In this document: positions 40,321 through 50,354 of the stretch, in pieces
How the letters are laid out: every line of letters begins with the position of its first letter
Numbering within the stretch: position 1 is the stretch's first letter
The notes under the pieces: generated by a model
What the model was told of the DNA's origin: nothing
The model's input: the letters and a program-made list of their open reading frames with translations, nothing else
Databases searched by the model: none
Program-made: the position numbers and the translations under genes
Assembly: GCA_963817235.1 (NCBI GenBank)
Contig: CAWFNS010000001.1
Location: 74,951 to 138,950, forward strand
DNA from: an uncultured Actinomycetes bacterium
GTDB taxonomy: Bacteria > Actinomycetota > UBA4738 > HRBIN12
Direction of reading: 5' to 3'
Length of the DNA: 64,000 nt

Positions 40321-41075
40321 GCGAGGCGGGGGACGCGACCGAGGCCACCGTCGAGGGGTTCGCCGTGGACCTGCCCGGGTTCTCCGGGCCGTTCCGGCTG
40401 CTGGCCGATCTGATCCTGGAGCAGAAGGTCGACGTGTGCGACGTGGCGATCGGCGGCGTGACGGACCGGTTCCTGGCCTACGCGAAGGAACCCGACGCCT
40501 GGACCCTCGAAGAGGCAACGTGGTTCCTCGCGATCTGCGCCGTCCTGCTGGAGCTCAAGGTGGCGCGCCTGACGCCTCGGCACACGGAGCTGGACGAGGA
40601 GGATCTCGTCGGGAGCTCGCCGGATCTCCTGTACGCCCGGTCGCTCGAGCTCCGCGCGTTCCGCGAGGTGGTCGCCGACCTCGCGCGCCGGCTCGAGGAC
40701 GAGGCCGCGTACTTCACGCGGGACGTCGGCCCCGGTTCGGAGTTCTCCCACCTGTACCCCGACCCCATGGAGAAGGTGACGTCGCCGCAGCTGGCCGAGC
40801 TCGCGGCGACGCTGCTGCGGCCCCAGCCGACGGTCGACCTGTCCCACGTGACGCCGATCGCGTACACGGTCTCCGACGCGATGGAGGCGGTCGAGCGGCG
40901 CTTCGCGTCGGTCGACGGGCGACAGGCGTCGTTCCGGGAGCTGACGGCCGACTGCGAGAACCGGATCCACGTCGTCGTCCGATTCCTCGCCCTCCTCGAG
41001 CTCTACCGTGAAGGGAAGGTCGAGCTTCAGCAGGCGGAGACCTTCGGTGAAGTGGCCGTGGAGTGGAAGGGGTGA
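40317..41075 (+). CDS. scpA: segregation and condensation protein A
   Basis: FEGPLDLL-like FSGPFRLLADLILEQKVDVCDVAIGGVTDRFLAY...; ATGA overlap with trpS. Confidence 0.8.
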   Translation: MSEAGDATEATVEGFAVDLPGFSGPFRLLADLILEQKVDVCDVAIGGVTDRFLAYAKEPDAWTLEEATWFLAICAVLLELKVARLTPRHTELDEEDLVGSSPDLLYARSLELRAFREVVADLARRLEDEAAYFTRDVGPGSEFSHLYPDPMEKVTSPQLAELAATLLRPQPTVDLSHVTPIAYTVSDAMEAVERRFASVDGRQASFRELTADCENRIHVVVRFLALLELYREGKVELQQAETFGEVAVEWKG

Positions 41076-41082
41076 GGCTCAG

Positions 41083-41727
41083 GTGACGGACGACCTCCAG
41101 CGTCAGGAGACGCGGGTGCTCGAGGCGCTCTTCTTCGTATCGGACGAACCGCTGCCGAGCCCGATGCTCGCCCAGGCGATGGGGGTGGACCGCGCCAGCG
41201 TCGACGCCCTCTGCGCTCGACTGGCCCACGACCTGGAGGAGCGTGGCTCGGGGCTCGTGTTGCGCGAGGTGGCCGGCGGTTGGCGGCTGTTCACGCATCC
41301 CGACGCGCAGGCGGCGGTCGAGCGGTTCGTGCTGTCCTCCCGCCAGGCCCGCCTGACGAAGGCCTCGCTCGAGACGCTCGCGATCGTCGCGTACAAGCAG
41401 CCGGTCACGCGGCACCAGGTCAACGCGATCCGGGGCGTGAACTCCGACGGGGTCCTGCGTGCGCTGACCGATCGCGGCCTGATCGAGGAGGCCGGCCGGG
41501 ACGAGGCGCCCGGCCGCCCGGTCCTGTTCGCGACGACCCCGCGCTTCCTCGAACGACTCGGCCTGCCGTCCCTCGCCGCCTTGCCCTCGCTCGCGCCGCT
41601 GCTCGACGCGGGAGCGTCCGCGGTGAGCGCCGCCGACATCGACGCCGACGGGCCCGAGGAGCCCGGAGTGCCAGACGGAGCCGGACGGCCCGAGGCCGAG
41701 GACGAGCCCACGACGGCAGAGGGCTGA
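41083..41727 (+). CDS. scpB: segregation and condensation protein B
   Basis: VLEALFFVSDEPL...LAIVAYKQPVTRHQVNAIRGVNSDGVLRALTDRGLIEE. Confidence 0.8.
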   Translation: MTDDLQRQETRVLEALFFVSDEPLPSPMLAQAMGVDRASVDALCARLAHDLEERGSGLVLREVAGGWRLFTHPDAQAAVERFVLSSRQARLTKASLETLAIVAYKQPVTRHQVNAIRGVNSDGVLRALTDRGLIEEAGRDEAPGRPVLFATTPRFLERLGLPSLAALPSLAPLLDAGASAVSAADIDADGPEEPGVPDGAGRPEAEDEPTTAEG

Positions 41728-42488
41728 TGGCCGAGGAGCGCCTGCAACGCGCGCTCGCCCGCGCGGGCTTCGGTTCACGTCGATCCTGCGAGGAACTGAT
41801 CGTGCAGGGCAAGGTCCGGGTGAACGGGAGGGTGGCGACGCTCGGGGACAAGGTCGAGGTCTCGCGCGACCGGGTCGAGCTTCAGCGGGTCCCCGTCAAC
41901 CTCGACCCCAGCACGAGGTACTACGCGCTCCACAAGCCGGCCGGGGTGGTGACGACGATGAAGGATCCGCAAGGGCGGCCCGACATCCGCTCGTTCCTGC
42001 CCGAAGACGGGCCCCGCGTCTTCCCGGTCGGTCGCCTCGATCGCGAGAGCGAGGGCCTGCTCGTGCTGACGAACGACGGGGACCTGGCGGAGCGGCTCCT
42101 GCATCCGAGGTTCCAGGTCGAGAAGGAGTACCTCGCGGAGGTGCAGGGCCGTCCGACCCCGAAGCACCTGGCGAAGCTCCGGGCCGGGGTCGACCTCGAC
42201 GACGGGCCGGCGAAGGCGAAGTCGGCGCGGATCGTGGACGCTCGGGCCGAGCGAGGCCAGCTCGCCCTCGTGATGACGGAGGGCCGCAAGCGCGAGGTCC
42301 GCCGGCTGCTCGCCGCGGTCGGGCTCCCGGTGTCCCGGCTCGTCCGCGTCCGGATCGGGTCGCTGCATCTCGGCCGGCTGCGCGCGGGGCAACTCCGGGA
42401 GTTGACCGCCGACGAGGTGCTCGCGCTCGGCGCCACCGCCGCGAAGGCCGAGCGAGCCGCGCGGCGCCGCCCCCCGGCCGACCTGTAG
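41727..42488 (+). CDS. rluB: pseudouridine synthase (RluB/RsuA family)
   Basis: ERLQRALARAGFGSRRSCEELIVQGKVRVNG (S4) ... VGRLDRESEGLLVLTNDGDLA (catalytic Asp motif). Confidence 0.85.
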   Translation: MAEERLQRALARAGFGSRRSCEELIVQGKVRVNGRVATLGDKVEVSRDRVELQRVPVNLDPSTRYYALHKPAGVVTTMKDPQGRPDIRSFLPEDGPRVFPVGRLDRESEGLLVLTNDGDLAERLLHPRFQVEKEYLAEVQGRPTPKHLAKLRAGVDLDDGPAKAKSARIVDARAERGQLALVMTEGRKREVRRLLAAVGLPVSRLVRVRIGSLHLGRLRAGQLRELTADEVLALGATAAKAERAARRRPPADL

Positions 42489-42546
42489 CCTGGGCGCATC
42501 GGGCCGTTCGCCGGCTCGGATCCCCGCCGACGGAAAGGATGCGAGC

Positions 42547-42915
42547 ATGAGGGTTCGCGCCGCTCGGGGTGCGATCGTGACCCGCGGGCCGCTCGCCGAC
42601 GACGTGTTGACCGCCACCGAGCGACTGCTCGGCGCGGTGCTCACGGCGAACGCGATCGCGCCCGAAGACCTCGTGAGCATCCTGTTCACCGCGACCGAGG
42701 ACCTGCGCTCGGCCTTCCCGGCGGAAGCGGCTCGTCGCATGGGGATGGGATCGGTCCCGCTGCTCTGCGCACAGGAGATCCCGGTGGAAGGCTCGATGGC
42801 CTCCGTGGTCCGCGTCCTCCTGCACTTCTACACCGAGCGAGCTCCCGACGAGGTCGCCCACGTCTACCTCGACGGCGCGGAGAGCCTCCGCGATGACATC
42901 GATGCCGGCGGGTGA
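42547..42915 (+). CDS. aroH: AroH-class monofunctional chorismate mutase
   Basis: RGAIVTRGPLADDVLTATERLLGAVL...PEDLVSILFTATEDLRSAFPAEAARRMG...HVYLDGAESLR parallels B. subtilis AroH. Confidence 0.75.
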   Translation: MRVRAARGAIVTRGPLADDVLTATERLLGAVLTANAIAPEDLVSILFTATEDLRSAFPAEAARRMGMGSVPLLCAQEIPVEGSMASVVRVLLHFYTERAPDEVAHVYLDGAESLRDDIDAGG

Positions 42916-44023
42916 CCTCGGAGCGTCGGCGCAACCGATCGACCGGGTCGCGATCGTCGGCACGGGCCTGATCGGGACGTCGGTGGCGCTCGCGGCGACC
43001 CGCGCCGGGGTGGCCGTCACCGGCTGGGACGCCGAGCCCGCCGTCGCAGCCCGGGCCGCGGCGTCGGGCGGGCTGACCGCCGCGGGATCGATCCAGGAGG
43101 CGGTGCGCGGTGCGGACCTCGTCGTGATCTGCACGCCGATCCCCGAGATCGTCGGCGCGGTCGCACAGGCCCTCGCGCTGGCCCCCGCCGCCATCGTGAC
43201 CGATGCCGGGAGCATCAAGGCCATGGTCGCCGAGGCGGTGGCGGTGGTGGCCGCGCCGGAGGACCTTCGCCGGTTCGTGCCGGGGCATCCGCTCGGCGGG
43301 AGCGAGCGATCGGGCCCGGAGCACGCCGCCGCGTCCGTCGTCGACGACATCGTGTGGGTCCTCGCGCCGACCGAGGCGTCCGATCCGGCGGCGGTCGATC
43401 GCCTCTCGGATTGGATCGTCCGGATCGGGGCGCGCCCGGTGCGGCTCACGCCCGAGCGCCACGACCGGCTCGTCGCGTTCGTCAGCCACCTCCCGCAGGT
43501 CGCCTCCACGTCCCTGATGGGGCTCGCGGCGACCGAGGAGGCGGGGGAGCCCGACCTGCTGCTCCTGGCGGCGGGCGGGTTCCGCGACCTCACCCGATTG
43601 GCGGCGTCGAACCCGCGGCTGTGGAGCGAGATCCTCCTGGCCAACCGCGATCAGATCGTGGCGGCGATCGACCTGTTCGTCGGCCGGCTGGTGACGCTCC
43701 GGGAGCAGATCGCCGGCTCGGAGGGCGCGGAGGTCGAGCGTACCTTCGAGACGGCGAAGCAGGCCCGCCTGCGGCTGGCGGCGAAGCCCACCGTGCGAGC
43801 GGGGGTCGCGGTGCTCCAGGTCGAGATCCCGGATGAACCGGGGGCCCTCGCGCGGATCACCGCGACGCTCGGGGCCGGTGACGTGAACATCGAGGATCTC
43901 CAGATCGTGCACTCGCCCGAAGGCGGCCGCGGCACCGTCCACGTCACGGTGGCCGCCCAGGCGGCCACGGACGCGGTCGCGGTGCTCCGGGCCTCCGGCC
44001 ACGACCCGATCCGACTGGCGTGA
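42893..44023 (+). CDS. tyrA: prephenate dehydrogenase with C-terminal ACT domain
   Basis: VAIVGTGLIGTSVALAA (Rossmann), ...GHPLGGSE..., ACT-like C-terminus VLQVEIPDEPGALARI. Confidence 0.8.
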   Translation: MTSMPAGDLGASAQPIDRVAIVGTGLIGTSVALAATRAGVAVTGWDAEPAVAARAAASGGLTAAGSIQEAVRGADLVVICTPIPEIVGAVAQALALAPAAIVTDAGSIKAMVAEAVAVVAAPEDLRRFVPGHPLGGSERSGPEHAAASVVDDIVWVLAPTEASDPAAVDRLSDWIVRIGARPVRLTPERHDRLVAFVSHLPQVASTSLMGLAATEEAGEPDLLLLAAGGFRDLTRLAASNPRLWSEILLANRDQIVAAIDLFVGRLVTLREQIAGSEGAEVERTFETAKQARLRLAAKPTVRAGVAVLQVEIPDEPGALARITATLGAGDVNIEDLQIVHSPEGGRGTVHVTVAAQAATDAVAVLRASGHDPIRLA

Positions 44024-44034
44024 GGAGCCGCTCG

Positions 44035-45405
44035 ATGTTGGCGCGGATCCAGCCGGGCGGCACCCTCCGAGGGACGGCCAGGGTGCCGGGAGACAAGTCG
44101 ATCGCGCATCGGTGGCTGATCCTGGCCGCGACGGCCCGGGGGGCGAGCCGCATGGTCGACCTTCCACCCTCCCTCGACGTTCGCTCGACCGCATCGAGCC
44201 TTGCGCGTGTCGCCCTGAAGGCTCGACCTGCGCTCGATATCTGGACCGCGAACGCTGCCGCAGGGGTGGAACCTCCCGGTTCCACGTGGAACGCCGACTC
44301 GAGGCCTCTCGATATCGCGTGCTTGAACTCGAGGGTGAGGGGCGCGAGGGCCTCCACCGTTCGGTCGAGCCGCTCGACTGCGGCAACTCGGGAACCTCGA
44401 TGCGACTCCTGACCGGCCTGCTGGCCGCCGCGCCCTTCGCCAGCACCTTGATCGGCGACGCCAGCCTCTCGTCGCGGCCGATGGAACGCGTCGCCGAACC
44501 GCTCCGGCGGATGGGTGCGGACATCCGGACCGAGGACGGTCACGCCCCGATCGCGATCCGGGGCGGCGGGCTCGTCGGGCGTCGGCACGAGCTGGCGCTG
44601 GCGACCGCGCAGGTGAAGGGCGCGATCCTGCTCGCGGGTCTCGACGCCGACGCCGAGACGACGGTCGTGGAACCGGCGGCGACGCGAGACCACACGGAGC
44701 GCGCGCTGGAAGCCTTGGGGGCTCCGATCCGGATCGACGGTCGCTCGATCACGGTGAGCCGATTCCAGCAGGAGGGCTTCGAGGCGACCTGCCCGGGCGA
44801 TCCCTCCTCAGCGGCCTTCCTCGTGGCGGCGGCCGCGCTCACGGGTTCGGCGCTCCGGATCGAGGGCGTCGGCGTGAATCCGACGCGCCTTCGGTTCCTC
44901 GACGTGATGCGTCGGATGGGGGTGTCCACCCGTACCGCGGTCGATCACGAGGAGCTCGGCGAGCCGGTCGGGACGATCGAGGTCCAGGAGACCGCCGATC
45001 TCCGGGCCGTCCGGATCGAGGCGGACGAGCTCCCCCTCGTGATCGACGAGGTCCCGGTCCTGGCGGCGCTCGCCGCCCATGCCGCGGCCGACAGCTGGTT
45101 CTGTGGGGCGGGAGAGCTCCGCGTGAAGGAGACGGACCGTCTGTCCGCGCTCGTCGATTCCCTGCGACGCACTCGGCGGCCGTGCCGCCGTCGAAGGCGA
45201 CGACCTCGTGCTTGCCGGCGGCGGTCTCCGCGGGGGCCGGGCCGTGTCCTTCGGCGACCACCGTCTCGCGATGGCGCTCGCGGTCGCCGGGCTCAAGGCC
45301 GAGGGTCCGACGGTGATCGAGGGGATCGAGTCCGCGGAGGTCAGTTTCCCGGGCTTCGTCGAGACGCTCCAGGGGATCGGGGCGAGGATCGAGGTCGAGT
45401 CGTGA
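44035..45405 (+). CDS. aroA: 3-phosphoshikimate 1-carboxyvinyltransferase (EPSP synthase), several frameshifts (~44170-44330 and ~45170)
   Basis: IQPGGTLRGTARVPGDKSIAHRWLILAA...; LDCGNSGTSMRLLTGLLAA ... RVKETDRLSAL ... then third frame GGLRGGRAVSFGDHRLAMALAVAGL... Confidence 0.8.
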
Positions 45406-46058
45406 CCGAACGGGTGGTGGCGATCGACGGTGCGGCGGGCAGCGGCAAGTCGACGCTCGCGCGGGCGCTCGCGAGCAAGCTCGGTCTGGACTACCTCAAC
45501 ACCGGGCTGATGTATCGGGCCCTCGCCGCGCTCGCCGCGCGTCGAGGGGTCGAGCCCGGTGACGCCGCGGGTCTCATGGACCTGATGCCCGGGTTGAGGT
45601 TCAGGTGGGTAGGTGACGACCCGAAGGAGCTCGAGGTCGAGGGTTTCGACGAGGCCGCGTTGCTCGACGTCGAGGTCGAGCGGACGGTGTCGGAGGTCGC
45701 GAGCCATCCCGGCGTCCGCACCTGGATGCGGGATCGGCAGCGAGCCCTCGGCGCGGCCGGGGCGGTCGTCGAGGGTCGCGACATCGGCTCGGTCGTGTTC
45801 CCCGACGCCGCCGTGAAGCTCTCGCTGATGGCCGATCCCGACGCTCGGGGCCGTCGGCGCGCCGAGGAGCGGGCCGCTCGCGATGCCGACGTCGCCGAGG
45901 AGCTCCGCGAGCGCGATGCTCGCGACCACCGAACCGTCCCGCTGGACCGGCTGCCCGAAGGCGCGGTGGTGCTCGACACCGGTCGGCTCGACGTCGAGGA
46001 GACGATCCGGGTGGCGATGGAGGTCATCCGCGACCGAGCGCCGGAGCTGTTGCGATGA
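45402..46058 (+). CDS. cmk: cytidylate kinase
   Basis: VVAIDGAAGSGKSTLARALASKLGLDYLNTGLMYRA. Confidence 0.9.
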   Translation: MTERVVAIDGAAGSGKSTLARALASKLGLDYLNTGLMYRALAALAARRGVEPGDAAGLMDLMPGLRFRWVGDDPKELEVEGFDEAALLDVEVERTVSEVASHPGVRTWMRDRQRALGAAGAVVEGRDIGSVVFPDAAVKLSLMADPDARGRRRAEERAARDADVAEELRERDARDHRTVPLDRLPEGAVVLDTGRLDVEETIRVAMEVIRDRAPELLR

Positions 46059-47362
46059 CCGGCGCCGTGCCCACGGTCGCGGTGATCGGTCGTCAGAACG
46101 TGGGCAAGTCGACCCTCGTGAACCGGCTCTTCGGGAAGCGGACGGCGATCGCCCACGAGATGCCGGGCGTGACCAGGGATCGCCTCGAGCTCCGCACGAC
46201 GTGGGGCGGGCGGACCTTCGCCCTCGTCGACACCGCCGGGTACCTGCCGCACGCTCGCGGCATCGAGGCGCTGGCCGCCGATCAAGCCGCCCGCGCGATG
46301 GCGGAGGCGGACGTCATCTTGCTGGTGGTGGACGTGCAGACGGGGATCACCGAGGACGACGCCTCGCTCGTGCGGCGGCTCCGGACCGCCGAGGTCCCCG
46401 TCCTGCTCGTTGCGAACAAGGCGGACTCGCCGAAGGACGTCGCGGACGTCGCGGAACTCTATCGCTTGGGCCTCGGCGAGCCGGTCTCGGTTTCCGCCCT
46501 GCACGGACAGGGGACCGGCGACCTGCTCGACCTCGTGGTCCCGCTCTTGCCGGAGTCGGCCGCGGTCCGGGAGGAGCCCGAGGAGCGGCGATTCGTGATC
46601 GTGGGCCGCCCGAACGTCGGGAAATCGAGCCTGTTCAACCGGCTGCTCGGGCAAGACCGGAGCGTGGTTTCGGAGGTAGCCGGCACGACCCGCGACAGCG
46701 TCGACTCGCTGGTCGATTGGCCGGGCTACGGGATCGTGCGCTTCGTGGACACGGCCGGCATGCGCCGCGGGCAGTCGGTGCGCGGGGTCGAGTACTTCAG
46801 CTTCCTCCGCGCCGCCGAGGCGATCGATGCGGCCCACGTGGCGCTGTTGGTCCTCGACGCCGACGCCGGCTTCACCACCGAGGACAAGAAGATCGCGAAG
46901 CGCGTGATGGAGGCGGGCCGCGGCCTGCTCGTGATCGCGAACAAGTGGGATCTGCTCGAGGAGAAGGCGAAGGTGTACGAGGAGCTGACCGCCTCGATGA
47001 AGCCGTTCGCCGCCGCGTCCGTGATCCGCGTCTCCGCGATCCGCGGGCACGGCGTGCACCGGTTGCCACCCCTCGTGATGGATCTGCACGAACGCTGGGG
47101 CGGTCGAACGCCGACCTCGAGGGTCAACGAGATCCTCCGGACGGCGCAGCAGGAACTCCCCACCCCGCGCACCGCCGGAACCCTTCACTACGCCACGCAG
47201 GTCGCCTCCGGTCCTCCGACGTTCGTGATCTTCGGCGGCGCCCGGGCGCCCGGACCGAGCTACCAGCGATATCTGGAGAACCGACTGCGGCGCGACCTCC
47301 GCCTCGGCGGCGTGCCGATCCGGCTCCGCTTCCGGGCCAGAGGGGCTCCGGGCCCGGCCTAG
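46055..47362 (+). CDS. der: ribosome-biogenesis GTPase Der/EngA (tandem GTPase domains + KH-like)
   Basis: VAVIGRQNVGKSTLVNRL...DTAG and second IVGRPNVGKSSLFNRL...DTAG. Confidence 0.9.
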   Translation: MTGAVPTVAVIGRQNVGKSTLVNRLFGKRTAIAHEMPGVTRDRLELRTTWGGRTFALVDTAGYLPHARGIEALAADQAARAMAEADVILLVVDVQTGITEDDASLVRRLRTAEVPVLLVANKADSPKDVADVAELYRLGLGEPVSVSALHGQGTGDLLDLVVPLLPESAAVREEPEERRFVIVGRPNVGKSSLFNRLLGQDRSVVSEVAGTTRDSVDSLVDWPGYGIVRFVDTAGMRRGQSVRGVEYFSFLRAAEAIDAAHVALLVLDADAGFTTEDKKIAKRVMEAGRGLLVIANKWDLLEEKAKVYEELTASMKPFAAASVIRVSAIRGHGVHRLPPLVMDLHERWGGRTPTSRVNEILRTAQQELPTPRTAGTLHYATQVASGPPTFVIFGGARAPGPSYQRYLENRLRRDLRLGGVPIRLRFRARGAPGPA

Positions 47363-47440
47363 GAGCCTCGGGCGCCCGCACTTCCCCTGCAGCGGACCGC
47401 GACGTACGCTTCAGCCCTCGCAGCGGAACGGAGCCGAGCC

Positions 47441-47836
47441 GTGGCGCAGACCGAAGAGGATCGCTGGCTGGAGCGCATCCGGCCCACCCTGGACGCCGTC
47501 ATGCTCGAGAACGGCAACGGGCTCACCATGCCGGCCGGCCCGCGCGACGCCGACGTGCTCGACGCCGAGATACGCTCGCAAGCGCTCAAGGTCAAGCCCT
47601 ACCTCGAGGCCCGGGAGCGACTCCTGAGGCTCGAGGCGATGTCGAGGAACCTCGCCCTGGCGGTGCGTTCCCGCGGGAAGGGCGCGCCTCGAGCCGAGGA
47701 ATTCGAAGTCCGAGAACCAGAAGCTGGAATCGATCCGGCACGACCTGGAGAAGGAGCTGACGCTGCTCCACGAGGAGTACGCCGCAGCGCTGAAGTGGCT
47801 CGGCGTGCTCGGCGCGCTCCGGCGCGACCTCGACTG
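47441..47836 (+). CDS. hypothetical coiled-coil protein, one frameshift ~47705
   Basis: MAQTEEDRWLERIRPTLDAVM... then shifted ...KSENQKLESIRHDLEKELTLLHEEYAAALKWLGVLGALRRDLD*. Confidence 0.35.
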
Positions 47837-47876
47837 ACCGACGATCGCCGGTCCCGGTTGGCTATGCTCGTGGTCG

Positions 47877-47951
47877 CGGGCCGTGGCGCAGCTTGGTTAG
47901 CGCGTCTGACTGGGGGTCAGAAGGTCGCCGGTTCGAATCCGGCCGGCCCGA
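47877..47951 (+). tRNA. tRNA-Pro (anticodon GGG)
   Basis: CGGGCCG/CGGCCCG acceptor stem, D-arm GCGC-AGCTTGGTTA-GCGC, anticodon stem TCTGA/TCAGA with loop CTGGGGG, T-arm GCCGG-TTCGAAT-CCGGC, discriminator A. Confidence 0.8.
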
Positions 47952-47954
47952 CCG

Positions 47955-48597
47955 ATGGACGGGAGCGAGGACACCGCGTCGGCCTCTCGGCGCGTGCTGA
48001 CGGTCCCGAACCTCCTGTCGTTCCTGCGCATCTGTCTCATCCCCGTCTTCGTCGCGCTGATCGTCGATCCCGATACGACGACCGCCGGCATCGTGCTGTT
48101 CGGCGTGGTGATGGCGACCGACTGGGTCGACGGCTTCGTGGCTCGCCGAACGGGACAGGTCACCGAACTGGGGAAGGTCCTCGATCCGGTGGCCGACCGT
48201 CTGGCGATCGCCGCCGGCCTGATCGCGCTCGTGATCCGTGGCGCGTTCCCGCTGTGGGCGGCGGTCCTGATCCTGGCGCGTGACGTGGCGGTGCTGGTGG
48301 TCGGCATCGTCGCGCTCCGGCGCGCGCAGCATCCGGCTCGACGTGCGGTGGATCGGCAAGATCGCCACGTTCTCCCTGATGATCGCGATCCCGGCGGTGT
48401 CCTGGGGCACGCTCGAGCTCCCGCTCGGGGACGCGGCGCTCGTGGTCGGCTGGGCCGCCTTCGCCCTCGGCATCATCGAGTACTACGTGGCCGCGTTCGT
48501 GTACCTCGGCGACCTCCGGAGCGCGCTCGCGGCCGCGCGAACCGAACCGCCGAGCTATCGTGGCCCCGGCGACGCCGGCGCGCGCCGGCCCGGGTGA
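47955..48597 (+). CDS. pgsA: CDP-alcohol phosphatidyltransferase (PgsA-like), frameshift ~48320
   Basis: TVPNLLSFLRICLIPVFVAL...VMATDWVDGFVARRTGQVTELGKVLDPVADRLAIAAGLIAL (CDP-OH transferase D-G...A...G...D...D motif); hydrophobic C-terminal half in the other frame. Confidence 0.75.
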
Positions 48598-48618
48598 GAG
48601 GTGAGGAGGGCGACGACG

Positions 48619-49002
48619 GTGGAGTTCCCCGAGGATCTCCGATACACGAAGGAACACGAATGGGCACGGGCGGAGGGAGCGCGGATCCGCGTCGGGATCA
48701 CGGACTTCGCGCAGGATGCGCTCGGGGATGTGGTCTACGTCGATCTCCCGGATGTCGGCGCGCAGGTCCGCGCGAACGAGCCGCTCGGTGAGGTCGAGTC
48801 CACGAAGTCCGTCTCCGACGTGTTCAGCCCGGTGACCGGCACCATCGTCGAGCGCAACCCGCTCGTCGACGACCGGCCCGAGCTCGTCAACGAACAGCCG
48901 TACGGGGACGGCTGGCTCGTCGTGATCGAGGTCGTCGACGCCGCATCGCTGGACGCCCTGATGGATGCCCGCGACTACCGCACCCTGGTTGAGCCTTCGT
49001 GA
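48619..49002 (+). CDS. gcvH: glycine cleavage system H protein
   Basis: YTKEHEWAR...GITDFAQDALGDVVYVDLPDVG...VESTKSVSDVFSPVTG (lipoyl-lysine K). Confidence 0.9.
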   Translation: MEFPEDLRYTKEHEWARAEGARIRVGITDFAQDALGDVVYVDLPDVGAQVRANEPLGEVESTKSVSDVFSPVTGTIVERNPLVDDRPELVNEQPYGDGWLVVIEVVDAASLDALMDARDYRTLVEPS

Positions 49003-49170
49003 ACGCATCGAGTGGGGATCCAGGGTGAGGATCCTCCGAGGTTGAGGCTGCGGTCGCTCCGTCGTTGACCCTCCGGAACCCGTACGATAGCGTCCACGAG
49101 GCGTCGAGGGTCGAGGGTTCGTCGCCCATCCGACCCTCAACTCGACCCAGGACCGAAGGAGCTCTTCACG

Positions 49171-49632
49171 GTGTTCTGCACCCGTTGTGGACATCCCAAC
49201 AAGGACGACGCGCGATTCTGCGCGGAGTGCGGACATCCGCTTCACGGCGATGTCACGCTCAGTCTCCCGGCGATCGAGGGTGAAGAAGAGCCGCACGATG
49301 AGTTCCCGTTCCCGCACGATGAACTCGAGCCCGGGCAGGCTCTCCTTCTGGTGAAGCGTGGTCCGAACGCGGGCTCGACGTTCCTGGTGCAGGCCGAGAG
49401 CACCACCGTCGGCCGCAGCCCGGACAGCGGGGTGTTCCTCGACGACGTCACCGTCTCACGCGCGCACGCCGTGCTGGAGCGTCGCGAGAACGAGGCCTGG
49501 TTCGTGCGCGACGTCGGCAGCCTGAACGGGACGTACGTGAACGGTGAGCAGGTCGACGAGACGACGCTCGCGACCGGCGACGAGGTGCAGATCGGCAGGT
49601 TCAAGTTGACGTTCTTCGCGGCGGGGGAGTGA
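49171..49632 (+). CDS. GarA-like FHA-domain protein with N-terminal CxxC-x13-CxxC zinc ribbon
   Basis: MFCTRCGHPNKDDARFCAECG then LLVKRGPNAGSTFLV...VGRSPDSGVFLDDVTVSRAHAVL...VRDVGSLNGTYVNGEQVDETTLATGDEVQIGRFKLTF closely parallels mycobacterial GarA FHA domain. Confidence 0.8.
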   Translation: MFCTRCGHPNKDDARFCAECGHPLHGDVTLSLPAIEGEEEPHDEFPFPHDELEPGQALLLVKRGPNAGSTFLVQAESTTVGRSPDSGVFLDDVTVSRAHAVLERRENEAWFVRDVGSLNGTYVNGEQVDETTLATGDEVQIGRFKLTFFAAGE

Positions 49633-49640
49633 GGCGGCAG

Positions 49641-50354
49641 ATGGCAGGCACGCGCAACTACCAATCGATCGGCGAGGTCCTCGTGGCGGTGAAGACCGAG
49701 TTCCCGGACATCACGATCTCGAAGATCCGGTTCCTCGAATCCGAGGGCTTGATCACGCCGGAACGCACGCCGTCGGGCTACCGGAAGTTCTACGTCGACG
49801 ACGTCGACCGCCTGAAGTCGATCCTGCAGATGCAGCGCGACGAGTACCTCCCGTTGAAGGTGATCAAGGAACGTCTGGCCCGCGCGGACGCCGGACAGGA
49901 GGAGGGTGGGGAGCTCGACGAGCCGGTGGCCGACGAGGCGTCCGGTGAGGAGCTGGCCGAGGCGCCGACCGGGCTCCAGATGTCGCTCGAGGAGATGTCG
50001 GCGGCCACCGGGGTCGACCGAGAGCGGATCAAGGAGCTCGAATCGTTCGCCATCGTCTGCACGCACGGGCCGGAGGGGTCGCGCTACTACGACGGCGACG
50101 ACTACATCGTCCTCTCGATCGTCAAGGACTTCCTGCACCACGGGATCGAGCCTCGGCACCTCACGATGTACAAGCATTTCGCGGTCCGCGAGGCGGATCT
50201 GTTCGAGGCGTTGGTGGCGCCGACGCTCCGGCAGCGGAACCCCGAGGCGCGCAAGGCCGCGACGCAGACGTTGGCCGAGCTGAGCGTCACGTCGCGGAAG
50301 TTCAAGCAGGCGCTGCTGCGGAACGCGCTGCGGGACCACCTGTCCTCCGCGTGA
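49641..50354 (+). CDS. MerR-family transcriptional regulator (Rv1828-like)
   Basis: YQSIGEVLVAVKTEFPDITISKIRFLESEGLITPERTPSGYRKFY (HTH); gcvH-garA-merR order as in mycobacteria. Confidence 0.75.
   Translation: MAGTRNYQSIGEVLVAVKTEFPDITISKIRFLESEGLITPERTPSGYRKFYVDDVDRLKSILQMQRDEYLPLKVIKERLARADAGQEEGGELDEPVADEASGEELAEAPTGLQMSLEEMSAATGVDRERIKELESFAIVCTHGPEGSRYYDGDDYIVLSIVKDFLHHGIEPRHLTMYKHFAVREADLFEALVAPTLRQRNPEARKAATQTLAELSVTSRKFKQALLRNALRDHLSSA

Noticed and set aside
42686-44524. 612-aa minus-strand ORF
   Set aside because: Antisense to tyrA and aroA.
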